Source of the DNA: Thermodesulfobacteriota bacterium | GTDB lineage: Bacteria; Desulfobacterota; GWC2-55-46; JADFVP01 | NCBI GenBank assembly: GCA_046753845.1 | Contig: JBHHUP010000003.1 | Location: 6,236 to 70,235, forward strand | DNA length: 64,000 nt | Direction of reading: 5' to 3' | Shown: in pieces, positions 36,298 to 44,117 of the stretch | Position numbering within the stretch: position 1 is the first letter of the stretch | Layout of the letters: the number at the start of each line of letters is the position of its first letter | The notes under the pieces: model-generated | What the model was told of the DNA's origin: nothing | Seen by the model: the letters and a program-made list of their open reading frames with translations, nothing else | Database searches by the model: none | Translations under genes and position numbers: made by a program

Positions 36298-37698
36298 TCA
36301 GGAATCGAGTCTCAGCCCTTTTCTCTTCATCTTTTCTATAAGGGTTGTCCTGTTGAGCTTCAAGAACTTGGCCGCGTTTTTCTTAACGCCATGCACCATG
36401 CCCAGGGCGTTGATAATCAGGTCCGTCTCGAACTTATCTACAACGGAATTAAAGTCAAGCCCCTCAGGGGAGATATAGACACGGTAATCAAAGCCCTTAA
36501 CGTGTTTTCTTGAGAGGAGAATCGTAGCCTTTTTGATGTTATCAGGGAGATCGTTTTCCACCACCTCGCCTTTTTCTTTAAGAACAACGATCCTCTCTAT
36601 AACATTTTCCATCTCACGTACATTACCGGGCCACTCATACTCCTCAAAGAGCCTCATAGCATTTGGAGACACTTTGGTTACGTCTTTATTCTTTGACTTC
36701 GAAATTGATTTGAGAAAATGTTTGATGAAGACAGGTATATCTTCTTTTCTCTCCCTTAAGGGGGGCATATCTATCGGGATTACATTAAGTCTGTAATAGA
36801 GATCCTCACGAAATTTTTTCTCCTTGATGGCCTTGGTGAGGTTCTGATTAGTGGCGGCCAGAACTCGGATGTCTACCTTAATAGTCTTTCTTCCGCCAAC
36901 CCTCTCGAACTCCTTTTCCTGCAGAACCCTCAGTATTTTGACTTGCAGGCCGGGGCTCATATCACCTATCTCATCAAGAAAGACCGTTCCGCCGTTGGCG
37001 GCCTCGAACCTGCCTATCTTCGTGGCTATAGCCCCTGTAAAGGCGCCTTTTTCGTGACCAAAGAGCTCACTCTCAAGGAGGTCTTCGGGGATGGCGCCGC
37101 AGTTTATGGGTACAAAGGGCTCACTGGACCTGTTGGACCCAAAATGCAGGGCCCGAGCCACTATCTCTTTACCTGTACCGGACTCGCCGAGGATAAGAAC
37201 AGTGGAGTCCGTATCTGCTACCTTGTTAATGATGCTTCTAACATGTTCTATCTTGTCGCTGGTGCCAAGGATACGGTCTATTAGCTTACGGCTTATGTTT
37301 CTTTTAAGCCTGAGATTTTCAGCAGTAAGCTCACTCACCTCAAAGGCCTTCTCAATGGTTACGAGGACCTCGACTTTATTGTAGGGTTTTTTGATATATG
37401 AAAAAGCTCCGGCGTTTAATGCATCCATGGCTTTTTTTATAGAGCCGTCGCTGGGAATAACAACGGCGCTCGTACTGGAGCTGGCACCTGTTATTGCACG
37501 GACGAACTCTATATCATTTATATCCGAGATGTTAAGATCGGCTATTACAACGTTGGGGGCGTTTCTTCTGATGTAGCTTATCGCGGCATCGGGTTTTTTT
37601 ATTGTATTAACAAAATAATCCTCGGCGCGAAAATTTTCTTTAAGGAACTTAGACATCGAGCCATCCTCTTCGACTAATAGAACATTCCTTTTCCTCAT
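36298..37698 (-). CDS. sigma-54-dependent transcriptional activator (FleQ/FlrA-like master regulator)
   Basis: 466 aa. Atypical N-terminal receiver-like domain. AAA+ 'GESGTGKE', 'GAFTGA', 'EWPGNVREMEN'. C-terminal HTH. Confidence 0.85.
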   Translation of the reverse strand: MRKRNVLLVEEDGSMSKFLKENFRAEDYFVNTIKKPDAAISYIRRNAPNVVIADLNISDINDIEFVRAITGASSSTSAVVIPSDGSIKKAMDALNAGAFSYIKKPYNKVEVLVTIEKAFEVSELTAENLRLKRNISRKLIDRILGTSDKIEHVRSIINKVADTDSTVLILGESGTGKEIVARALHFGSNRSSEPFVPINCGAIPEDLLESELFGHEKGAFTGAIATKIGRFEAANGGTVFLDEIGDMSPGLQVKILRVLQEKEFERVGGRKTIKVDIRVLAATNQNLTKAIKEKKFREDLYYRLNVIPIDMPPLRERKEDIPVFIKHFLKSISKSKNKDVTKVSPNAMRLFEEYEWPGNVREMENVIERIVVLKEKGEVVENDLPDNIKKATILLSRKHVKGFDYRVYISPEGLDFNSVVDKFETDLIINALGMVHGVKKNAAKFLKLNRTTLIEKMKRKGLRLDS

Positions 37699-37829
37699 CC
37701 ATATCTCCTTTTATAAGAATATGATATCGAGGATGTATCTCAAGATGAAAGTATTTAGTAATATGCCGCGATGAATCTTCAGTGATGAGTGGTTTTTAAA
37801 GACAACGAGATGAAGACTGCCAATCCCTG

Positions 37830-38120
37830 ATGCAATTCAGACTCAGGTACAACTTAGGCCCCGGTGTTATTTAGACCCATGTGTGATTTAGTCGAGTTGA
37901 AATATAGCCCAGGAGCAATTTTGGCCAAGATGCAATTTAGTCGAGAGGCAAATCAGGCCCGATGAAACTTAGACCCATGTGCAATTTAACCAAGGTGTGA
38001 TGTAGTCGAGTTGAAATGTAGCCCCGATGCAATGTAGCCCAGGAGCAATGTTGGCCCAGGTGCAATGTTGGCCCAGGTGCAATGTTGGCCCAGGTGCGAT
38101 TTTAGCCCAGGTGCGATTGC
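37830..38120. repeat. degenerate tandem array of about 18 copies of a 16-18 bp unit (consensus approximately GTGCAATKTWGSCCMRG), including three perfect 17-bp copies
   Basis: The perfect copies gcaatgttggcccaggt x3 are at 38045-38095. Degenerate copies (tgcaatttagtcgagag, gtgcaatttaaccaag, gaaatgtagccccga and others) extend upstream. The array lies in the divergent region between the FleQ-like gene and motA2. Confidence 0.8.
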
Positions 38121-38247
38121 GTGATGTTGAGCATGCCAGAGTTGGGTGAGATATCCGAGGTGTAAAAATATTGTACTTTAAAGGTGCGGGACTGTCAATA
38201 TGAAAATTAAATAGTCTAATTTGTGACACAGAGGCTGTGCCATGCGG

Positions 38248-38285
38248 TGCCGTGAAGTTTTGCGTGAAGTTTTGCGTGACGTTTT
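38248..38285. repeat. 12-13 bp direct repeat x3 (TGCGTGAAGTTTT)
   Basis: tgccgtgaagttt tgcgtgaagttt tgcgtgacgtttt, about 60 bp upstream of the sigma28 -35 element of motA2. Confidence 0.6.
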
Positions 38286-38343
38286 ACGAGAGGGATACCT
38301 CTTTAGAGAGAAAAATCAAGAGAGCTGAAAGGGGATTTTTATG

Positions 38344-38370
38344 TAAAGTTTTGCTCCATGCATCCGATGT
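38344..38370 (+). promoter_or_regulatory. sigma-28 (FliA) promoter upstream of motA2B2
   Basis: TAAAGTTT-N11-TCCGATGT against consensus TAAAGTTT-N11-GCCGATAA, about 95 nt upstream of the motA2 ATG. Confidence 0.6.
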
Positions 38371-38465
38371 TTTAAATAGTGAGACAACTATGACGGCAGA
38401 GTTCTCAGCGGTGAAATATTGGCGGCAAGATGGCGTAATACTAATATTAATAAGGTAGAATTATA

Positions 38466-39320
38466 ATGTTTCCCATAATAGGATTAGTCGTAGTTTTTGG
38501 TGCCATAATCGCAGGTTACACAATGGAGGAAGGTAACTTTTCTATTCTCATACAGCCAGCGGAGCTCATTACCATCGGCGGAGCGGCCATTGGCTCTCTT
38601 GTTGTCTCATGCCCGTCAAATCTCTTAAAAGACGTCTTTAAGGCCATCCCGGCCATCATAAAAGGGAGTACTCTCAAGAAGAGCCATTACATTTCACTAC
38701 TAACGCTATTATACGGTATTTTTTCAAAGATAAAAAAAGAGGGCCTGCTATCTGTAGAAAAAGATGTGGAGAGCCCAAAAACCAGTCCCCTCTTCAAAGG
38801 CTGTAAGGATATCATGAAAAATCACCATGCTCTGAATTTCCTATGCGATAACTTGAGGGTATTTATCATAGGCATTAAGCCTACGGAGATGGAAGATCTA
38901 ATGGATATTGAGATGGACAGTCACCACGAGGAGGCTGCTGTTACCCCCGGCATCATCACCAAGGTTGGCGATGCCCTTCCGGGATTCGGTATTGTTGCGG
39001 CGGTGCTCGGGATTGTCATTACCATGGGTAAGATGAGTGAAGGCCCAGAGGTCATCGGGCACAGCGTTGCCGCTGCACTTGTAGGGACATTTCTGGGAAT
39101 ACTTCTGAGTTACGGTGTAGTTGGTCCCCTTGGCAGCCACCTTGAGCACAAGAACAGAGAGGACGGCAAATACATAGAGACCATAAAGATAGCGCTTCTG
39201 GCCTTTGCCAAGGAGCTGCCGCCTCAGATGGCGGTAGAGGCCGGAAGAAGGACAATATTCAGCGGGGCGCGGCCATCCTTCAAGGATCTTGAGGACGCTA
39301 TCAAGAAAAACAAAAAATAA
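38466..39320 (+). CDS. motA: second flagellar stator protein MotA
   Basis: 284 aa, four TM helices, 'GFGIVAAVLGIVITMGKMSEGPEVIGHSVAAALVGTFLGILLSYGVVGP'. Confidence 0.85.
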   Translation: MFPIIGLVVVFGAIIAGYTMEEGNFSILIQPAELITIGGAAIGSLVVSCPSNLLKDVFKAIPAIIKGSTLKKSHYISLLTLLYGIFSKIKKEGLLSVEKDVESPKTSPLFKGCKDIMKNHHALNFLCDNLRVFIIGIKPTEMEDLMDIEMDSHHEEAAVTPGIITKVGDALPGFGIVAAVLGIVITMGKMSEGPEVIGHSVAAALVGTFLGILLSYGVVGPLGSHLEHKNREDGKYIETIKIALLAFAKELPPQMAVEAGRRTIFSGARPSFKDLEDAIKKNKK

Positions 39321-39332
39321 TAAGGTCTGGTA

Positions 39333-40136
39333 ATGGAAAGCAACGAGACTCAGCCCATAATAATTAAGAAGGTCATTAAAAAAGGGCATGGCGGCGGCCA
39401 CCACGGCGGAGCGTGGAAGGTTGCCTATGCCGACTTTGTAACGGCCATGATGGCTTTTTTCATGGTGCTCTGGCTTGTGGCCATGATGAGCATTGAGGCC
39501 AAGAAAGACATGGCCGAGTACTTCAGGAGTTATACTATATTTGAGGGTACCGAGGCCGGCGGCGGTAAAGGCGTCTCCATCATGAGCGGTAATCCTGTCC
39601 TGCTAAATAAGGCATCGGAGGTTACGACGCCCAAACCAAGCTCCAGCTCGTCAAGCAGCCTGAGTATTCTGCTTACAAAATCAATTAACACTCACCTGCG
39701 TGAATTAAAGGATCAGATACTTATATTTTCAACTAACGACGGGGTAAGACTTGAGCTTGTAGACCTTGATGACAGCCCAATGTTTGAGCGCGGCGGCGGA
39801 AGGCTTGTACAGAGGGGCGAGGAGGTCTTCAAGGTCCTCGCTGAATCTCTAAAGAAGATGCCTTACAAGATAGCCATCGAGGGACATACGGACAGTTTCA
39901 AGTTCGCCAATAAGGAGCATACGAACTGGGAGCTCGCCGCCGAGAGGGCCAACAGCGCAAGAAGGGAGCTTATAAAGAACGGCCTTGATGAGAAACGCAT
40001 CTCCAGGGTATCGAGTTTTGCAGACGTAGTACCCTTAAACGGAAGAGATACCTTTGACCCCATCAACAGGCGTGTAAGTATTCTTGTGCAGAAGAACAAA
40101 TACTCACCCGGGGCAGAAGACGATATCTTCAGGTAG
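39333..40136 (+). CDS. motB: second flagellar stator protein MotB (OmpA-like)
   Basis: 'WKVAYADFVTAMMAFFMVLWLV' and the OmpA motif 'IEGHTDSFKF...NWELAAERANSARREL...NRRVSILV'. Confidence 0.85.
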   Translation: MESNETQPIIIKKVIKKGHGGGHHGGAWKVAYADFVTAMMAFFMVLWLVAMMSIEAKKDMAEYFRSYTIFEGTEAGGGKGVSIMSGNPVLLNKASEVTTPKPSSSSSSSLSILLTKSINTHLRELKDQILIFSTNDGVRLELVDLDDSPMFERGGGRLVQRGEEVFKVLAESLKKMPYKIAIEGHTDSFKFANKEHTNWELAAERANSARRELIKNGLDEKRISRVSSFADVVPLNGRDTFDPINRRVSILVQKNKYSPGAEDDIFR

Positions 40137-40182
40137 TTGTTTTGCATAGTTGTTAAGATAATTTTTACAGTAGATAAAAAAT

Positions 40183-40214
40183 GACCCCCAATGACGATCA
40201 TCGGGGGTCTTTTG
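40183..40214 (+). terminator. rho-independent terminator after motB2
   Basis: GACCCCCaatgacgatcatcGGGGGTC followed by TTTTG. Confidence 0.65.
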
Positions 40215-40312
40215 AAAATTTCTCTCTGAATTATTCAGGGAGAAAAAAGAAAAAGTGGAGACTTATTTTTCTTACAGTGATTAAAAATCACGGCACATCC
40301 CTGTAGGGCGCA

Positions 40313-40335
40313 AATGTCTGAATTAATCAGACATT
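40313..40335 (-). terminator. hairpin (10-bp arms AATGTCTGA..TCAGACATT) 3 nt after the PilZ gene stop; putative terminator of the flagellin operon
   Basis: Perfect inverted repeat aatgtctgaattaatcagacatt. On the minus strand it is followed by TTTG. The related palindrome CTGAATTATTCAG at 40225-40237 is nearby. Confidence 0.4.
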
Positions 40336-40337
40336 GC

Positions 40338-40919
40338 TTAGTGAGTACCGGCATCTTTCTTATTCGAACCGCTCCGTATCATCCTTCTCTGCCAGGCGAA
40401 GATATACCGCACAATTCTCTCCCTTACCCTGTCATCCATATCCACAAACTTTATCCCCACCTTCCATCCCCCCTCGATATTATCGCATACCCAGACGACC
40501 TCTCCTGTGACATCAAGGTCCTGGGTCTGATTAGGGAGAAATAATTTTATCGCAAGCTCATCGCCCTCACTGAACTGCTTATTGCATAGAATCTTAATAC
40601 CTCCGCCGCTTATGTTATCTATACGGGCCTCGGGTATCTCAAAACAGCGTTCGCTGGTGGTCTGCGTAAGGAGCTTTTTCAGCTTCTGGTTTATCTCAAT
40701 CAGAAGATCGTACATATCAGGGTCGTCTGAGGAGATGGCCTCCACCTTTCTTGCAAAGGACCTCAGCTCCCGGATATTCACGGCGGTATCTGTAATATTG
40801 ACACCTTGTTTTGCCACATAATACATGGGTATACTGTCATCTATTCTCACATACTCGCGATTATTAGAAATCATGCCAACCATGTACATCACCTCTTCTC
40901 TTTCATTGACATTATCCAT
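40338..40919 (-). CDS. PilZ-domain protein (YcgR/MotI-like candidate c-di-GMP flagellar effector)
   Basis: 193 aa. 'RIDNISGGGIKILCNKQFSEGDELAIKLFL...GEVVWV...GIKFVDMD' matches the PilZ (D/N)xSxGG barrel motif. No canonical RxxxR motif at the usual spacing. It is the last gene of the flagellin-fliD-fliS operon. Confidence 0.5.
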   Translation of the reverse strand: MDNVNEREEVMYMVGMISNNREYVRIDDSIPMYYVAKQGVNITDTAVNIRELRSFARKVEAISSDDPDMYDLLIEINQKLKKLLTQTTSERCFEIPEARIDNISGGGIKILCNKQFSEGDELAIKLFLPNQTQDLDVTGEVVWVCDNIEGGWKVGIKFVDMDDRVRERIVRYIFAWQRRMIRSGSNKKDAGTH

Positions 40920-40926
40920 CTTTAGA

Positions 40927-41271
40927 TTACCTTTGTAATTTCATGTTAACCATAGGCGAGGCGTAGGCCCTGTGCGCCCTGGTACAATGTAATACTTTCC
41001 GGAGTTCCCGGCGGGTTTCTTCAAGCGCGCCTTCCATAGAGACCCGGAGATCGCAGTCAAAGTTAAGTATCTCTTTTATAATATCTTGCTCCATATTTTT
41101 TTGCGCCTCCACCGCCTTTATCTTACTTATTCTGGAGATAATCTCATCGCGTTCAAGGATGGAACCCGCGAGCTCAGTGAGACGATTTTCAGAAAAAAGT
41201 CCTTTTTGGGCCCTGGCGATATTGAGCAGTCTCTTTAATAAATCAATTCTATCCGCGTTCTCAAGCTCCAT
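40927..41271 (-). CDS. small helical protein in the FliT position (possible flagellar chaperone)
   Basis: About 115 aa downstream of fliS, as fliT is in the Bacillus fliD-fliS-fliT arrangement. Probable start 'MELENADRIDLLKRLL'. No diagnostic motif. Confidence 0.3.
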   Translation of the reverse strand: MELENADRIDLLKRLLNIARAQKGLFSENRLTELAGSILERDEIISRISKIKAVEAQKNMEQDIIKEILNFDCDLRVSMEGALEETRRELRKVLHCTRAHRAYASPMVNMKLQR

Positions 41272-41674
41272 ATCCAGCCCCCGCTTCAATTGAAGGTTTT
41301 TCAGCCCCTGCGCCGGATGCCACAAGAGCGTCCCAGCCTTCTTTGACCTCGGCGAATAGCGCCGTAACACCCTCGATAATCCTTATAGAGTTCTTATTAT
41401 TTGCCTCGGCAAGCCTCGTAAGTGAGTGCAGATAGAGGTCCCGGAGGTTAATGGCCACCTCTTCACCCCTCTGCATATCAAGAGCGTTGTATAGCTCGCT
41501 TATAATGGCGATGGATCTGTTTATATACTCGCTGCGCTTCTCTATATCATTGTCTTTTATCGCCAGAGCCGCGAGCCTGTTGAACTTGATAACACCCTCG
41601 TAAAGCATTACAACAAGGCGAACCCTGTCAGATGTCATTACCTGAACCTTCTGATATGCCTTGATACCTTTCAT
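41261..41674 (-). CDS. fliS: flagellin-specific chaperone FliS
   Basis: 137 aa. 'RLVVMLYEGVIKFNRLA' and 'IISELYNALDMQRGEEVAINLRDLYLHSLTRLAEAN'. Confidence 0.85.
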   Translation of the reverse strand: MKGIKAYQKVQVMTSDRVRLVVMLYEGVIKFNRLAALAIKDNDIEKRSEYINRSIAIISELYNALDMQRGEEVAINLRDLYLHSLTRLAEANNKNSIRIIEGVTALFAEVKEGWDALVASGAGAEKPSIEAGAGYGA

Positions 41675-41686
41675 CCAACCCCCTTT

Positions 41687-43009
41687 TTAAAATCCGGCGC
41701 TCAAAAATTGTCCCTGTGCCTTAAGGCCGGCAAGGGTTCTCTCAAGGAGTGAGAAACGCACCCTGAGAGAGGCCTCATAATCGCTTATCTCCTGCTCCTT
41801 GGAGGTTATATGCGTAACAAGCGAAGCAATATTACTTCCAAGACCTTCCTGCTTTTTTGTAATCCTGCCGTCAACGCTGTCATTCATGGATTTTGTTAAA
41901 TCGTATACAAGTTTACCAAAACCCGAGGTGGAGGTTCCTTCTACAAAGAGATTCACTACGTCGCTATAGTTCGTGTTGAGGGCGTCTTTAAGCTTAGCAC
42001 TGTTAAGGGACATTACGCCATTAGTGTCTCTTGTAACACCGACATGGATGAGCCTGTTCATGGTATCTGGCAGTCCGCTTACGGCAGAGGTCATTATCCT
42101 GCTGAGTTCATCGGCGACGCTCCTTGCAATGGGATCTCCAAAGAGTGCGCCTCCTGTCTTTGTATCAATATCATACCGGTTATTTGATTTTATGTAGCTC
42201 ATCGCGGCATTGTACCTGTCTACAAAGGCCACGATCTTTTTTTCAATCTCACCTACATCACGCGATGTTGTCACGGTTACCGGAGCCGACGCCCCGGTAC
42301 TCTTCAGGTTAAGGGTTACGCCTGTAAGAACATCGCTTATGGTGTTGGAGGATCGCGTAACGGCAAGGCCGTCCACTGTAAGAGAGGCGTCCTGCGCAGC
42401 CTGCAGGGTGGTATTAAAGGCAAGGGTTGTATCGTTTTGATTAATAGTAATCTGATTAGCGGTACCTGTGGAATTAGCGGTAAGTACAAGCCGGTAGGAG
42501 GTGCCGTCATTTACCACCGACGCGGATACGCCTGCGTTAAGGGCGTTTATGGCGTCGCTTAACCCCGTAACGGTAGTGGCGGCGTCAACGGCTACGGACT
42601 GCATGGTTCCCGTACCCACGGTAAAATTAAAAGAACCCGCGGCTGATGCTACGACCGTAGTAGAGGCGGCCACACCATCGGCGGCCATCTTATGCGACTT
42701 TGCCAGAGCGTTTACGACTATTACCGAAGAACCGGCAAGTGCTGAAGTGCCGGCTGTGGCGTCGAGTATTGAGGTATCGCTGCTCGAAGAAGTAAATGAA
42801 TCAAAACCCGAAAGGGTCTTAAGGTCATTGGCAGCGGTCTCAAGGTCTGTGACACGGGATGCCAGGGTAGTATAGGAGGATTGAGTGTGTTCGAGCTTTT
42901 TCTTGTCGGCTATAAGCTGATCAACGGGCAGGCTCTTAACACTTACAAGCTGCTGAATAATAGAATCGTAATCAATACTGGAGACGAGTCCTGTAGCGGT
43001 TATGGCCAT
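41687..43009 (-). CDS. fliD: flagellar filament cap protein FliD
   Basis: 440 aa. N-terminal 'GLVSSIDYDSIIQQLVSVKSLPVDQLIADKKKLEH', C-terminal coiled coil. Confidence 0.8.
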   Translation of the reverse strand: MAITATGLVSSIDYDSIIQQLVSVKSLPVDQLIADKKKLEHTQSSYTTLASRVTDLETAANDLKTLSGFDSFTSSSSDTSILDATAGTSALAGSSVIVVNALAKSHKMAADGVAASTTVVASAAGSFNFTVGTGTMQSVAVDAATTVTGLSDAINALNAGVSASVVNDGTSYRLVLTANSTGTANQITINQNDTTLAFNTTLQAAQDASLTVDGLAVTRSSNTISDVLTGVTLNLKSTGASAPVTVTTSRDVGEIEKKIVAFVDRYNAAMSYIKSNNRYDIDTKTGGALFGDPIARSVADELSRIMTSAVSGLPDTMNRLIHVGVTRDTNGVMSLNSAKLKDALNTNYSDVVNLFVEGTSTSGFGKLVYDLTKSMNDSVDGRITKKQEGLGSNIASLVTHITSKEQEISDYEASLRVRFSLLERTLAGLKAQGQFLSAGF

Positions 43010-43152
43010 GGTATCCTCCCATTAACTAAAATAATCGGCCTCTCTCCCCTGTTATGCAGCTCAAATCAACTCTCACCCCCTCCCATAGGCGGGTGGTGAG
43101 GCGGCGCGGGCCACCTCACCCGTAGGGGGAAATGTTAATGCGGCCTGGAACT

Positions 43153-43995
43153 CTACCTTAAGAGCTGCAGCGCGCTCTGAGGCAGTGTATTAGCCTGAGC
43201 AAGTACGGAGATACCTGCCTGAACCATTATCTGGTTCTTTGTGAAAGTGGCCGTCTCCGAGGCAAAGTCAGCATCTCTTACCCTGGATTCAGCGGCCTGG
43301 AAGTTAGTGAATGTTACCTGAAGGTTCTGCAGCGCAACGTTAAGCCTGTTTGTTGTGGCGCCGTATACGGCCCTTGCGCTGTTGATTCTGTTAAGAGCGA
43401 CGCTTACGGCATCAAGGGCGTTAAGCGCGCCCGTTACGCTTGAGAGGGCTCCGGCGGAGAGACTGAGACCTACGTTACCGGTAGCGCCCGCGCTTGTCAG
43501 GGCGACAAGGCTTACACTGAGCTGGTTGTCAACTGAGTTCTTAAAACCAATAAACATGGTAAGCGAGGAGATGGAGCCGTTAAGGAGCTTGAAGCCTCCG
43601 AACTCCGTTGTACCGGCGATCCTGTCTATCTCGCTTATGAGTTTATCGTACTCATCCTTAAAGAACGTTCTTGCATTGGAATCAAGGGTTCCCTGTGCGG
43701 CGCTGGCAGCAAGCTCACCCATCCTTGTAATGATGCTTGTAACCTGCTCAGCGGCCTTATCACTTATTTCCATCGCGCTTACGCCGTCATTGACGTTCCG
43801 CATGGCGGCCTGAATCATCCTGGACTGACTGCGGAGCTGGTCGGCTCTTGCAAGTCCGGCGGCGTCATCAGCAGAGCTGTTTACCCTGTGACCCGATGAC
43901 AGCCTCTGAACGCTTATCTTCAACATCGCGTTCGAAGAGCTGATGTTCTGCTGCGCCAGTAGTGAAGCTATGTTGGTATTAATCGTTAAAGCCAT
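43153..43995 (-). CDS. fliC: flagellin (short D0-D1-only type, 280 aa)
   Basis: N-terminal 'INTNIASLLAQQNISSSNAMLKISVQRLSSGHRVNSSADDAAGLA' and C-terminal 'ESRVRDADFASETATFTKNQIMVQAGISVLAQANTLPQSALQLL'. Confidence 0.9.
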   Translation of the reverse strand: MALTINTNIASLLAQQNISSSNAMLKISVQRLSSGHRVNSSADDAAGLARADQLRSQSRMIQAAMRNVNDGVSAMEISDKAAEQVTSIITRMGELAASAAQGTLDSNARTFFKDEYDKLISEIDRIAGTTEFGGFKLLNGSISSLTMFIGFKNSVDNQLSVSLVALTSAGATGNVGLSLSAGALSSVTGALNALDAVSVALNRINSARAVYGATTNRLNVALQNLQVTFTNFQAAESRVRDADFASETATFTKNQIMVQAGISVLAQANTLPQSALQLLR

Positions 43996-44117
43996 GTTCT
44001 TACCCTCCTTAGTGTGTTACGGCATCCCTGCCAGATAATTAACTGTCCGGAGAGTAAAAGGCTTCTTTGATATATCCCTCCTTTTACGCCCTACTTAACA
44101 CCGGACTCTTAATAACC

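Noticed and set aside
37830-38120. CRISPR array interpretation of the tandem repeats
   Set aside because: The units are contiguous with no unique spacers, the repeat length (17 bp) is too short, and there are no cas genes in the window.
37969-38229. 86-aa minus-strand ORF within the 17-bp tandem array
   Set aside because: The protein sequence is just the repeat translated in shifting frames (WANIAPG-like repeats). The 17-bp period is incompatible with conserved coding.
38237-38458. 73-aa plus-strand ORF upstream of motA2
   Set aside because: It overlaps the 12-bp triple repeat and the sigma28 promoter. No RBS, and it is more likely regulatory DNA.
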